Part shown: positions 1-13,254 of the stretch, piece by piece
How positions within the stretch are numbered: position 1 is the first letter of the stretch
How the letters are laid out: each line of letters begins with the position of its first letter
DNA from: Eledone cirrhosa
Taxonomy: Eukaryota
Assembly (NCBI GenBank): GCA_964016885.1
Contig: OZ024742.1
Span: 322,276,001-322,340,000, forward strand
Direction: 5' to 3'
Length of the DNA: 64,000 nucleotides
Position numbers and translations under genes: made by a program
Notes under the pieces: generated by a model
Database searches by the model: none
What the model was told of the DNA's origin: nothing
What the model saw: only the letters and a program-made list of their open reading frames with translations

Positions 1-484
1 ATGTAACCTGGCAGAGTTCGTCACGGAGGATTTTTTCCCGGGAGAGGGAGAGATAGAGAGAGGGAGGGGGGAGGGAAGAGTGATAGAGCGGAAATGAGAA
101 GGAGGTATAGAAGAAGAATCGACCCCAGTACTAGATTGATACTTTTTATCGACCTTGAATGGATAAAAGGCATTTTTTAATTTAATATGCATCTTTTAAA
201 ATGTGTGGTTTACTTTCATAAAACCGGAGACGGTTTTCGCTTTTTTTATTTTTTTGTTTGTTTGTTTTTTTCTATAAATCTTTTTCCCTGTGATAGGGAC
301 TGTTCCCATGGAGTGTTGAAAGGTCAGTCAGGTCAATGCAAATATAGACCCATTTAGAGTGCTTTGGGGTTTTGTATTCGAGAGGGGGTAACATGCATAT
401 GTAATATATATACTATATACGGTAGAGCGACTTCAAGGTCAAAGCAAATGGGCGCCAGGTGTGTGTGTGTGTGTTTGTGTTTGA

Positions 485-519
<35 letters not shown>

Positions 520-779
520 AGTGTGTGTGTATGTGTGTGTTGTGTTTGTGCGTGTGTGTAAATTAACGTCTGTGGTATTGTTTGCATATAGAACGCATGA
601 ATGCGTGCATGCCCTTATGCATGGGAATGTGTGTGTGTGTGTTTAAAAAAACAAGAGCTCATATGTGAAAACAAAAATGAATGCGCACATACATATATTC
701 ACATACATATACATACGGCACATAAACACACATACAGATTCATAGTAACACACACATACACATACACAACTCATGCGTA

Positions 780-3700
780 CTGCTTTGTAGTATGTCGAGG
801 TCGACGGTAACGTACCCAGCAATGGGTACGTACATGGATGTAAAGTCCCATGCGGCACCCATAGACAGATATTGCATACGTACTGTCGAGTTATGACCGT
901 ATCCCTGCTCAAAGTGATCTGATTAGAGTAAATCTGAGACAGCTCAGGGGGATGCTGATGGTTAATAAAGGGCTAGTCTTGTCAAACCTTTGCTTCATAT
1001 TCTCAATTAGACAATGGAATTTTGCAGTGTTTCAGGGTCTGTTGAAGAGTGTCCTTGAATCTCTTTTTCTGCTCGTCTTGTACTCTTGTCCCACAGGTAA
1101 ACTCAACGTTTCCCAAAATTCTCCAAACGTAGAACCCTTTTTGGCTCAGAAAATTTTGGGGGAAACTCAAAGTCTAATACTGTTATATGGTCCCAATATA
1201 ATTATACGCCTCTACATTTTTTCACTGAACCGTAGACCCTCTTTTGCGGAAGCCAGTCTGGAAGCCACTGGCGTAGAGGATAGATTTGAGCAGTCTGGTC
1301 TCATCCGCCTTGTCCTCACATGTCCTACTCAACACAGTCTGGTCTCATCCACCTTGTCCTCACATGTCCTACTCAACACAGTCTAGTCTCCTCCACCTTG
1401 TCCTCACATGTCCTACACAACACAGTCTAGTCTCCTCCATCTTGTCCTCACATGTCCTACTCAACACAGTATAGTCTCCTGCATCTTATCCTCACATGTC
1501 CTACTCAACACGGTCTAGTTTCCTCCATTGTGTCCTCACATATCCTACTCAACAGAATCTAGTCTCCTCCATCTTGTCCTCACATGTCCTACTCAACACA
1601 GTCTAGTCTCATTCATCTTGTCCTCACATGTCCTACTCAACAGTCTAGTCTCATCCATCTTGTCCTCACATGTCCTACTCAACACAATCTGCCCTCATCC
1701 ATCTTGTCCTCACATGTCCTACTCAACACAGTCTAGTCTCATCCATCTTGTCCTCACATGTCCTACTCAACACAATCTGCCCTCATCCATCTTGTCCTCA
1801 CATGTCCTACTCAACACAGTCTAGTCTCCTCCATCTTGTCCTCACATGTCCTACTCAACACAGTCTAGTCTCATCCATCTTGTCCTCAAATGTCCTACTC
1901 ATCACAATCTCGTCTCCTCCACCTTGTCCTCACATGTTCTACTCAACACAATCTAGTCTCCTCCATTTTGTCCTCACATTTCCTACTCAACACAGTCTAG
2001 TCTGCTCCATCTTGTCCTTACATGTCCTACTCAACACAATCTAGTCTCCCCCATTTTGTCCTCACATGTCCTACTCAACACAGTCTTCCCTCGTCCATCT
2101 TGTCCTCACATGTCCTACTCAACACAATCTAGTCTCATCCATCTTGTCTTCACATGTCCTACTCAACACAGTCTAGTCTCATCCATCTTGTCCTCACATG
2201 TCCTACTCAACACAGTCTAGTCTCATCCATCTTGTCCTCACATATCCTACTCAACAGAATCTAGTCTCCTCCATCTTGTCCTCACATGTCCTACTCAACA
2301 CAATCTAGTCTCCTCCATCTTGTCCTCACATGTCCTACTCAACACAATCTAGTCTCCTCCATCTTGTCCTCACATGTCCTACTCAACACAGTCTAGTCTC
2401 ATCCATCTTGTCCTCACATGTCCTACTCAACACAGTCTAGTCTCATCCATCTTGTCCTCACATGTCCTACTCAACACAGTCTAGTCTCCTCCATCTTGTC
2501 CTCACATGTCCTACTCAACACAGTCTAGTCTCATCCATCTTGTCCTCACATGTCCTACTCATCACAGTCTGCCCTCCTCCATTGTGTCCTCACATGTCCT
2601 ACTCAACACAGTCTGCCCTCATCCATCTTGTCCTCACATGTCCTACTCAACACAGTCTAGTCTCCTCCATCTTGTCCTCACATGTCCTACTCAACACAGT
2701 CTAGTCTCATCCATCTTGTCCTCACATGTCCTACTCAACACAGTCTAGTCTCATCCATCTTGTCCTCACATGTCCTACTCAACACAGTCTAGTCTCATCC
2801 ATCTTGTCCTCACATATCCTACTCAACAGAATCTAGTCTCCTCCATCTTGTCCTCACATGTCCTACTCATCACAGTCTGCCCTCCTCCATTGTGTCCTCA
2901 CATGTCCTACTCAACACAGTCTGCCCTCATCCATCTTGTCCTCACATATCCTACTCAACAGAATCTAGTCTCCTCCATCTTGTCCTCACATGTCCTACTC
3001 AACACAGTCTAGTCTCATCCATCTTGTCCTCACATATCCTACTCATCACAATCTAGTCTCCTCCATCTTGTCCTCACATGTCCTACTCAACACAGTCTGC
3101 CCTCGTCCATCTTGTCCTCACATGTCCTACTCAACACAGTCTAGTCTCATCCATCTTGTTCTCACATGTCCTACTCATCACAATCTAGTCTCCTCCATCT
3201 TGTCCTCACATTTCCTACTCAACACAGTCTAGTCTGCTCCATCTTGTCCTTACATGTCCTACTCAACACAATCTAGTCTCCCCCATTTTGTCCTCACATG
3301 TCCTACTCAACACAGTCTTCCCTCGTCCATCTTGTCCTCACATGTCCTACTCAACACAATCTAGTCTCCTCCATCTTGTCCTCACATATCCTACTCAACA
3401 CAATCTACTCTCCTCCATCTTGTCCTCACATGTCCTACTCAACACAGTCTAGTCTCCTCCATCTTGTCCTCACATGTCCTACTCAACACAGTCTAGTCTC
3501 CTCCATCTTGTCCTCACATGTCCTACTCAACACAGTCTAGTCTCCTCCATCTTGTCCTCACATGTCCTACTCAACACAGTCTGCTCTCCTCCATCGTGTC
3601 CTCACATGTCCTACTCAACACAGTCTGCTCTCATCCATCTTGTCCTCACATGTCCTACTCATCACAATCTAGTCCCCTCCATCTTGTCCTCACATGTCCT

Positions 3701-5222
3701 ACTCAACACAGTCTAGTCGTATCTATCTTGTCCTCACATGTCCTACTCAACACAGTCTAGTCTCCTCCATCTTGTCCTCACATATCCTACTCAACACAAT
3801 CTAGTCTCCCCCATTTTGTCCTCACATGTCCTACTCAACACAGTCTTCCCTCGTCCATCTTGTCCTTACATGTCCTACTCATCACAATCTAGTCTCCTCC
3901 ATCTTGTCCTCACATGTCCTACTCAACACAATCTAGTCTCCCCCATTTTGTCCTCACATGTCCTACTCAACACAGTCTTCCCTCGTCCATCTTGTCCTTA
4001 CATGTCCTACTCAACACAATCTAGTCTCCCCCATTTTGTCCTCACATGTCCTACTCAACACAGTCTTCCCTCGTCCATCTTGTTTTCACATGTCCCACTC
4101 AACACAATCTAGTCTCCTCCATCTTGTCCTCACATATCCTACTCAACACAATCTAGTCTCCTCCATCTTGTCCTCACATGTCCTACTCAACACAATCTAG
4201 TCTCCTCCATCTTGTCCTCACATGTCCTACTCAACACAATCTAGTTTCCTCCATCTTGTCCTCACATGTCCTACTCAACACAATCTAGTCTCCTCCATCT
4301 TGTCCTCACATATCCTACTCAACACAATCTAGTCTCCTCCATCTTGTCCTCACATGTCCTACTCAACACAATCTAGTCTCCTCCATCTTGTCCTCACATA
4401 TCCTACTCAACACAGTCTAGTCTCCTCCATCTTGTCCTCACATATCCTACTCAACACAGTCTAGTCTCATCCATCTTGTCCTCACATGTCCTACTCAACA
4501 CAGTCTAGTCTCATCCATCTTGTCCTCACATGTCCTACTCATCACAATCTAGTCTCCTCCATCTTGTCCTCACATGTCCTACTCAACACAGTCTGGTCTC
4601 ATCCACCTTGTTCTCACATGTCCTACTCAACACAGTCTTCCCTCGTCCATCTTGTCCTCACATGTCCTACTCAACACAATCTAGTCTCCTCCATCTTGTC
4701 CTCACATGTCCTACTCAACACAATCTAGTCCCCTCCATCTTGTCCTCACATGTCCTACTCAACACAGTCTTCCCTCGTCCATCTTGTCCTCACATGTCCT
4801 ACTCAACACAATCTAGTCTCCTCCATCTTGTCCTCACATGTCCTACTCAACACAATCTAGTCCCCTCCACCTTGTCCTCAAATGTCCTACTCAACACAGT
4901 CTTCCCTCGTCCATCTTGTCCTCACATGTCCTACTCAACACAATCTAGTCTCCTCCATCTTGTCCTCACATGTCCTACTCAACACAGTCTAGTCTCCTCC
5001 ATCTTGTCCTCACATGTCCTACTCAACACAGTTATAATGTGGCGGGGATTATTTCTATGTTGGTGATTCTGGCACCTTCAAATATATACTCTCTCTTACC
5101 AAACCACGTATGACAATCTGACGAAGCGTTTTTAAGAGAAAGGACTCAAGCTGCAAACGGTGGCTGCGTTGAATCATACAGGTCTCGCTACAGTAGATGA
5201 GGACTGGCACTACCACTGCCTA
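780..5222 (-). mobile_element. Decayed 3' part of an RTE-clade LINE interrupted by a minisatellite expansion
   Basis: Colinear minus-strand peptides AVVVPVLIYCSET (about 5200), RLLKSILY (about 1280), KKRFKDTLQQTLKHCKI (about 1050) and the C2H2-like YVCNIC..RMGLYIHVRTH (about 850). Confidence 0.75.
1291..5031. repeat. 44-bp minisatellite, about 85 copies (cagtctagtctcctccatcttgtcctcacatgtcctactcaaca)
   Basis: Direct tandem periodicity of 44 nt with recurrent variant units. Confidence 0.98.
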
Positions 5223-5454
5223 TCACACACACAGACACACACACATCAAATCAATTTTAGTATAAAACTGGTACTTAATTTGTCGACCTCAGAAAGAGTA
5301 TTAATGTTGTTTAGCGCCTAGTCCGCCTTTATCCGGCCATGACCATCCTGCTGTGTATCCTCGACTGTATTATTCTATGAGGAATGTTTTTACAATTATT
5401 ATGTTCACTAGGTGAGGACGATGTCGACTTCTACTCCTTTCTGTCACACACACA

Positions 5455-5519
<65 letters not shown>

Positions 5520-5785
5520 TCTCTCCCTCTCACTCTCTAAACAAGTGAAGTTCCTTTTCTCCCTCTATCTATGTACATTTCTTTTGCTTGCCCCCCCCCC
5601 TTCCTATATATATATACATATAGTTTAGGGCGACGTCGTAACTCTCTGTCACCTCGAAAATACACGGCGTTCCCTTTTCTTTCTCTATCTATGTACATAT
5701 CTCTCGCTTGGTGCTCCTCCTCTCTATATAAAGTGTGTGTGGTGGACGGACGGATGGACAGAGAGTGCTCTTATTATAATATAGA

Positions 5786-6283
5786 CTAGCAGAAAACCAC
5801 CCGGTGGGCGGTTTTCTGCTAGCAAATCTAGTGTATATACTGATATTGTTGAGATTTGGATGAGAAATGTTTTCGGCACCACATGTTCACCGTCTCTCGG
5901 TGTGTCTTTTATGCATGTATAAATATATATGTTATCTATACGGTGAAATCTTTGAAATAAATATATGTTAAAACGAAAAAGGAGAAAAAGAGATTAGTGA
6001 CGGAAATATAAACGTTATGATATAACGATGGAAATATATAAGCGTTTACGATAAAACGATGGAAATAGAAACGTTTATATATAATGATAAGCCGGAACAC
6101 TCGTAAGCCGAAACACTCGTAAGTCGAAACACTCGTAAAGCGAAACGTATAAATAAAGATTAATGTAATGAATTTGAAAAGCATAGAGATTTGAAACCGC
6201 GTCTATTTGTTTCCTTGGCATTTTTTACAGACGGACAGACAGACAAACAAACAGAGAAATACCCATTATATATTATAAGTAGA
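5786..6283 (-). mobile_element. Non-autonomous Helitron-like element in a head-to-tail chain
   Basis: Minus strand starts TCTACTTATAATATATAAT..(GTCT)n and ends in a palindrome (ctagcagaaaacc...ggttttctgctag) plus CTAG; similar 5'-end motifs at about 5750-5785, 6510-6545 and 7730-7773. Confidence 0.6.
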
Positions 6284-6539
6284 CTTGGCATGGTGTCAAG
6301 TCAGAACCGCCTCGAACTGGTTACTTCTGGCTTGTGCAAGGTGTCTCTATAGCAACCAGCGATTCCCTCGGCCTCAGTGACCAAAGTCAGTGGAGAGGGG
6401 AAGGTAATGTTTCTATAGCGACAGTGTTTCTATTGGTAGTACCAAAGTGGAGAAAGGAAGGGGAAGGTAATATTTCTGTAGCACCTACATTTGAGTTTTA
6501 GGGAAGGACAGACAGACAGACAGACAAACAGAGAAATGC

Positions 6540-6727
6540 CCATATATTTCTGTGTGTGTATATATATATATATATTACACACACAGAAATGTATATATAT
6601 TTCTGTGTGTATATATATATTACACACACAGAAATGTATATATATTTCTGTGTGTATATATATATATTACACACACAGAAATGTATATATATATATATTA
6701 CACACACAGAAATGTATATATATTTCT
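6540..6727. repeat. Quasi-palindromic tandem repeat (atttctgtgtgt(at)nacacacagaaat); second array at about 7307-7590
   Basis: Unit contains its own reverse complement. Confidence 0.85.
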
Positions 6728-6849
6728 TAGAACAAAATTATTATTAATGTTTTGCTGTTCATAACAATTGGAATTGAAAAATTACTTTTGAAATTATTAG
6801 TTATTTTACTAATGCTTAGATATGTAAAAATGAAGCAATGTTTCTAATA

Positions 6850-7036
6850 ATTGTTTCTACTTTTGGCACAAGGCCAGCAATTACCCAGTACATTACTGGT
6901 ACTTATTTTATCGACCCCGTGAGGATGAAAGGCAAAGTTAACCTCGGCGGTATTTGAACTCAGACCGTAAAGGGACGTAACTCCATGCTATGAAGCATGG
7001 TGTCCGACTCTCTACAGATTCTGCCAATCCACCGCC
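6850..7036 (-). mobile_element. tRNA-derived SINE with Nin/Deu-type domain (family 1)
   Basis: B-box GAGTTCAAAT and CCTTTCATCCT..CGGGGTCGATAAAAT.AGTACC; other copies near 17207, 22370, 23980, 25793, 39258, 41741 and 53608. Confidence 0.85.
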
Positions 7037-7229
7037 CTAATGTCTGTACGTAATGAGGCAGTGAGAGGGGAGAGAAAGAAAGGCAGAGGTGAAGTGACGA
7101 AGTGACTCTCTCCTCCTCCTCCTCCTCCATCTCCCCATTCGTCACAGCGATAGAGGGGAGGAATGTTAGTGTGTTACAAAGAGAAAGAGTGAGAGTGAGA
7201 GAAACAGACAGACTAAAAGAGAGGGATAG

Positions 7230-7280
<51 letters not shown>

Positions 7281-7445
7281 AACAGATACAGTACAGTAGC
7301 TAAGGGATGTATATATATTTCTGTGTGTATATATATATACATTTCTGTGTGTGTAATATATATATATATACACACAGAAATATATATACATTTCTGTGTG
7401 TATATATATATATATATTACACACACAGAAATGTATATATATTTC

Positions 7446-7488
<43 letters not shown>

Positions 7489-8419
7489 CACACACAGAAA
7501 TGTATATATATTTCTGTGTGTATATATATATTTTTCTGTGTGTGTATATATATATATATTACACACACACAGAAATGTATATATGTTTCTGTAGCCCTCC
7601 TCAATTCCCCCTCTCTCCCTCCCGCTATCCCCCTCCTGTAGTCTGTCTCTTTCTTTCACTCTCACTCTCTCACTCTCTCTCTACGCGTGCGCAAAAAACA
7701 TTCGCACGCGCGCACGTGTTTCCACTGTCGGACAGACAGACAGAGAAATTGCTGGTTATATATTATAAGGAGATTACATGTCCGCAGAAAAAGCAATGGG
7801 TTGGCAGAGTCGTTAGAGTGTCAGATTAAAATGTTTCGTGGGCAAATCCATGGTCAATCATGACTGAAGGGGACAGGGTTGACCTGGGGCTAAACAACAA
7901 CGCGGACACTCTGTTAACCAATATGACCACCAGCATCCATAGGAAAAACTTATAGGGAATCACTCGACCTGCATAAAACCGTAGCGACATCTTCAAACCA
8001 CATCCCATCGTCTTTAAAAGAGGGAAGGACATGTTGGATAATGTAACCTAGACTCGGCGTGATGGTCATAACTGGAACGTTTCTGAAGAGAGGTTTGTCT
8101 GATTAGAGTTGACTTGGGATTGAAAGACAGAAACATCAACATCATCATCATCATCATCATCAAAGCTAGGTAGAATGCCATTTTGACTCTTTACCGCTCC
8201 AGTTATAGTCGCCGCCACCAACAACACTACCCCCACCACCACCATCATCGCCATCACCACCACCACCACAACAACAACAAAAGAGTAGTAACACCCCTCC
8301 CCATACCATACATAACTCTCAACTCCCTTTATTAACGGACAACTATCATCCCTCAGGAATTCACTTCCTATATTTATTCTTTGCTGGTGGCCATGATAGG
8401 GATGGTGGTGATGGGTGTA

Positions 8420-10010
8420 CTACGTCACCACCACCACCTCCACCTCCACCACGACACAACCATCATCATCACCAAACACCACCACCATCATCACCACCAC
8501 CACCACCATCATCACCACCTCCACCACGACACAACCATCATCATTACCACCACCTCCACCACGACACAATCATCATCATCATCACCATAACACCACCATC
8601 ATCACCAACATCACCACTACCTCCACCTCTATCAACATCGCTACCATCAATACCACTAACACCATCAACACCACCACCACCACCACCAACACCGGCACCA
8701 ACACCACAACCAACAATAACAACACCACCAACACCACTACCAATAACAACATCATCAACACCAACACCACCAACTGCACCACCACCACCACCACCAACAC
8801 CACCACCAACACCACCACCACCAACACCACCAACAACACCAACAACACCATCACCACCAACACCACCAACACCACCACCAACATCACCACCACCAACAAC
8901 ACCAACAACACCATCATCACCAACACCACCACCACCAACACCACCAACAACACCAACAACACCATCACCACCAACACCACCAACACCACCACCAACATTA
9001 CTACCACCAACAACACCAACAACACCATCATCACCAACACCACCAACACCACCACCACCAACATCACCACCAACACCAACACCAACAACACCACCACTAC
9101 CACCATCACCACCACCACCACCATCACCAACACCACCACCAACACCAACAACACCATCACCGCCAACACCACCAACACCACCACCAACACCACCACCACT
9201 ACCACCATCACCACCACCACCATCACCAACACCACCACCAACACCACCACCACCAACACCACCAACAACACCAACAACACCATCACCACCAACACCACCA
9301 ACACCACCACCAACACCAACACCACCACCAACAACACCAACAACACCATCATCACCAACACCACCAACACCACCACCACCATCACCAACACCACCAACAA
9401 CACCACCACCACTACCACCATCACCACCACCACCACCAACACCACCACCACCAACAGCACCACCACCACCAAAACCACCACCAACAACACCATCCCACCA
9501 CCAACAACACCATCCCACCATCACCACCATCCCACCACCAACAACACCATCCCACCACCAACAACACCAACAACACCATCATCACCAACACCACCAACAC
9601 CACCACCACCAACATCACCACCAACACCAACACCAACACCACCACCACTACCACCATCACCACCACCACCAACAACACCATCCCACCATCACCACCATCC
9701 CACCACCAACAACACCATCCCACCACCAACAACACCATCCCACCATCACCACCATCCCACCACCACCAACAACACCACCAACACCACCAACCATCCCCCA
9801 CCACCAACAACAACACCACCACCATCACCACCACCAACAACACCATCCCACCACCACTACCACCACCACCCATCCCACCATAACCACCAACACCACCACC
9901 ACCACCAAAACCACCACCACTACCACCACCATCCCACCTCCACCACCACCATCGCCATCACCATCACCACCACCACCCCATCCCACCATCATCACCAACA
10001 ACATCATCGT
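8420..10010. repeat. (CAC/CAA/CAT)n low-complexity tract
   Basis: Trinucleotide simple repeat; explains the T/N/P/H-rich ORFs. Confidence 0.95.
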
Positions 10011-10061
10011 TCCGTCGTTACTTAACATGTTTGCCTTTTCACATTTTCAATCATTCAACAC

Positions 10062-10300
10062 TTCCCCTCACTCTTTCTTCTTACCCTCTCCAGTCTTTCC
10101 ACCCTCTCGCTCTCCCTCACGCTTTCTTCTTACCCTCTCCAGTCTTTCCACCCTCTCGCTCTCCCTCACTCTTTCTTCTTACCCTCTCCAGTCTTTCCAC
10201 CCTCTCGCTCTCCCTCACGCTTTCTTCTTACCCTCTCCTGTCTTTCCACCCTCTCGCTCTCCCTCACTCTTTCTTCTTACCCTCTCCTGTCTTTCCACGC
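10062..10300. repeat. 49-bp pyrimidine-rich tandem repeat, about 5 copies
   Basis: ttaccctctcc recurs every 49 nt. Confidence 0.9.
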
Positions 10301-11128
10301 TCACTTTCTTCCTCTCCTCTCTCCCTCACACCCTCTCTCTATCTCCTTAGTCTTTCCTTTCTTCTCTTACCTTCTCCTCATTCTTTTCCTGTCTCCACTT
10401 CTCTATCACCTGAGTAGAGGATACGCAGTAAAAGAGAGTAAGAGCCTGAACAGTTCAGGCTCTTCCTCTCTTCCCCCCGTCCCCAGCTCCTTCTCTCTCT
10501 CTCCGCTTTTCTACATCCACCCTTGTCAATATCATTCAACACTTCAAGTTCCCCCTCTCTGTCACTCTCTACCACCACCTCGCCCTACGTCTCAATTTCA
10601 CCTCCACCTCTCTGTCTCTGCCTATTTATTCCTCCCTCACAGAGTCTCCACCGCCGCCACCACCAACACCACCACCCTGCATTTCAATGCCACCCTCCTC
10701 ACCCTGTTTATTTATTCCTCCCTCACATAATCTCTACCACCACCACCACCACCACGCTACATTTCAATGCCACCTCCTCCTCCCTGTCTATTTATACTCT
10801 TTCTTATACCATCTCAATGCTACAGTACCCTCCACATAGCCACCATCGGTCAACGAACTGTTGAGAAACACTTTCTGACACCTTTTGTAGCATAGTATCT
10901 ATGGAAGTAAGCTGTATAATGATGTATGTGTATAGATATAAATATAATAGAATGTGTTAAATAAATATATATCTGCTATGCAACGGCTACAACTTCGATT
11001 TATGTCCAGAATCATTATATATACGTATATATATATAGTTATGTAATAAACAACATAAGATAACTAATAAGCTCTGTAGCCTACATAGAGCACTCTTTTT
11101 TCCTGTACCTTTCCGACGGAAATACTTC

Positions 11129-11241
<113 letters not shown>

Positions 11242-11256
11242 CATATATATATATAT

Positions 11257-11450
11257 AACGAAGGAGGTGTGGTAAGGAACCAGATGGATCATAACGCACC
11301 AGAGTACACAATACTTAGGGTAGTAGAGTGGGTAATAGGAAAATGTTTGACCCCGACGGCAGAGCTCAAGCTGTTTCGACGGGTATTTCTGGACTGAAAT
11401 AGCCGTCGAAACGGCTTGAGCTCTGCCGTCGGAGTCAAACATTTTCCTAT
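11257..11450 (-). mobile_element. Short fold-back element, probably a Penelope-like pLTR remnant (family A); related copies at 14885-14960 and 26147-26326
   Basis: Shared tail (ggtaaggaaccag.tgga.cataacgcacca.agtac.caatacttagggtagtagagtgggt), terminal hairpin, (TA)n flanks. Confidence 0.65.
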
Positions 11451-11593
11451 ACATATATATATATATAAGCAAAGAGATATTTAATTTGTTGGTTATTGAA
11501 CAAATTTATTTATAACAGATTCGAAGCACTCTATACATTTCTTCTGGAGTATGATATCAATGATATTAATAAATGGAAACTATCTTTATAAAA

Positions 11594-11631
<38 letters not shown>

Positions 11632-11837
11632 TATTTACGTATCGAGAGAGAGAAAAAAAGGGGAGGATAGGTGATACATATAGTTATTTGCCAAGTAGCG
11701 TATGCCAAAGGTGCTCGATACTAGTGCCGGCAGTACTAAATATTCGAAGTGTTAATATTTAGTGGGCTAGAGAGTTAGCAGAGCGTAGCGCACGTGGAAA
11801 TCGGAGAATAGACCGTTAAAACATGTTTATTTAAAAC

Positions 11838-11880
11838 AGCACCTACGTACGTTTCGCCCAGTTGGGCTTCTCAAGGGCAT
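11838..11880 (-). ncRNA. Minimal hammerhead ribozyme-like motif, U3-A8 variant; second copy at 13614-13655 (+)
   Basis: UUGAGAA-GCCC-aacu-GGGC-GAA-ACGUACGU-A in the PLE pLTR; palindromic stem III and GUA triplet. Confidence 0.65.
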
Positions 11881-12521
11881 AAATAACCAAAAGTGTTCCT
11901 TACATTGCTCGGAAAGAGTTTTGGGGGTTAAATTCACGTCAAGGTTCATTGCTCGCAAAAATAGCTTGTTTTGATTTTGCACGTGTTAGGGCAGTCTTTC
12001 CCGGACAAATTTTTATCCGTTATAAGATGAGGTTACATACAACCTTACCATTGTCGATACGCACAGGGTCATGTAACCAACGCTTATTTGCCGCACCTGT
12101 TTGTCTGGGTCGTTTGAGGCTGGGTCTGGTATGCATGGTTAGTTTCCTGGGTGTTATTTTTCATCGCCTGTCCGCCGGGGTGTTAAAACATGTTGCAGGG
12201 AGATCCGGTGCTGTGTCTTGGTGATCTTACTGTGGTTCGTTGTTCCTATGATGTCTGCTAGGTTAGGAGTAGTAGAGAAGGATATTTTTATATTGTTCCT
12301 ATTAAGAATTTTTCTATACCTATGGTTGGGCGGGAAGTCTTCTCTAAGGCTTCGAAGAATATCCGGGGTATGCTGGAGGCCACACTCCGAGAGTAGGGGG
12401 GGGGGGACCATAGGACGTTACGGTGGCGATTACGTGTCCTTGTACGTTTGCTACGGGTGGTTCCATCTAGGTGACCGCTCTTATGTATGTTAATGCGCTG
12501 TAGCCCGTTAGGTGCCCCTTC

Positions 12522-13254
12522 GAACAACGAACCACAGTAAGATCACCAAGTCACAGCACCTTGACACAGACGCACCTACACCTGACAATAACTATATCGG
12601 CCTTAACAACTCCCTAGCAGCATCCAATAGTGCTGGCAACGGCCTCCGCAGACGCAACCAGCATAACCGCGAAATGACTGGAGAACATGCAGGACATGAC
12701 GTGCGGAATAACAATCGTACCACCCCGCGTGCTGTGGGTTGTAATGGTGCTAACGACAGCTGCGGGAGCGTAGGTAACAACGTAGGCAGCAACTATGATA
12801 GCCTTACCGTGGAAAATAGATGGAACCGCGTCAGAAATTGCAACTGCCACGACAGAGGAGGCTGCCCCCTTAGACTGATAGGGTTATATATAGATGCACT
12901 GTAACTAGCCACAATAGCGTTAAACATTATATAGGGGCTACCTCCGGCCCGTTCAAAATTAGGTTTCGAACACATCTCCACTCTTTCACAAATAAAAAAC
13001 TAATACACTCCACTTCGCTCGCGGATTACATCACATCACTAAAGGACTTAAACATCAGCTTCTCCATGCACTGGGGTATTGTCGGCAGGGCTGCACCGTA
13101 CAACTTCAAGAGGAAGTGCGATCTTTGCCTCATGGAGCTCTACCACATCATAACTGCAGCACACGAGCACATCAACAGCAGAGCTGAAACAGCGATAAGT
13201 TGTATACATCGCTTAAAAATATCATTCTTCAGATGGGTGAAGGATGAGGAGTGA
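12522..13254 (+). pseudogene. PLE linker and C-terminal GIY-YIG endonuclease fragment (frameshift near 12872)
   Basis: RNCNCHDRGGCPL, then VIYRCTVTSHNSVKHYIGATSGPFKIRFRTHLHSF...WGIVGRAAPY..CDLCLMELYHI...INSRAE...CIHR. Confidence 0.88.

Noticed and set aside
1291-5031. CRISPR-like array or repeat-protein ORFs
   Set aside because: Units are contiguous with no unique spacers; 44 is not a multiple of 3 and the ORFs are broken; the context is a eukaryotic LINE remnant.
8415-10025. 536-aa mucin-like ORF, and similar ORFs at 35.3-36.9 kb and 51.8-52.6 kb
   Set aside because: These are translations of (CAC/CAA/GAT)n simple repeats that are open in several frames, with no non-repetitive domain.
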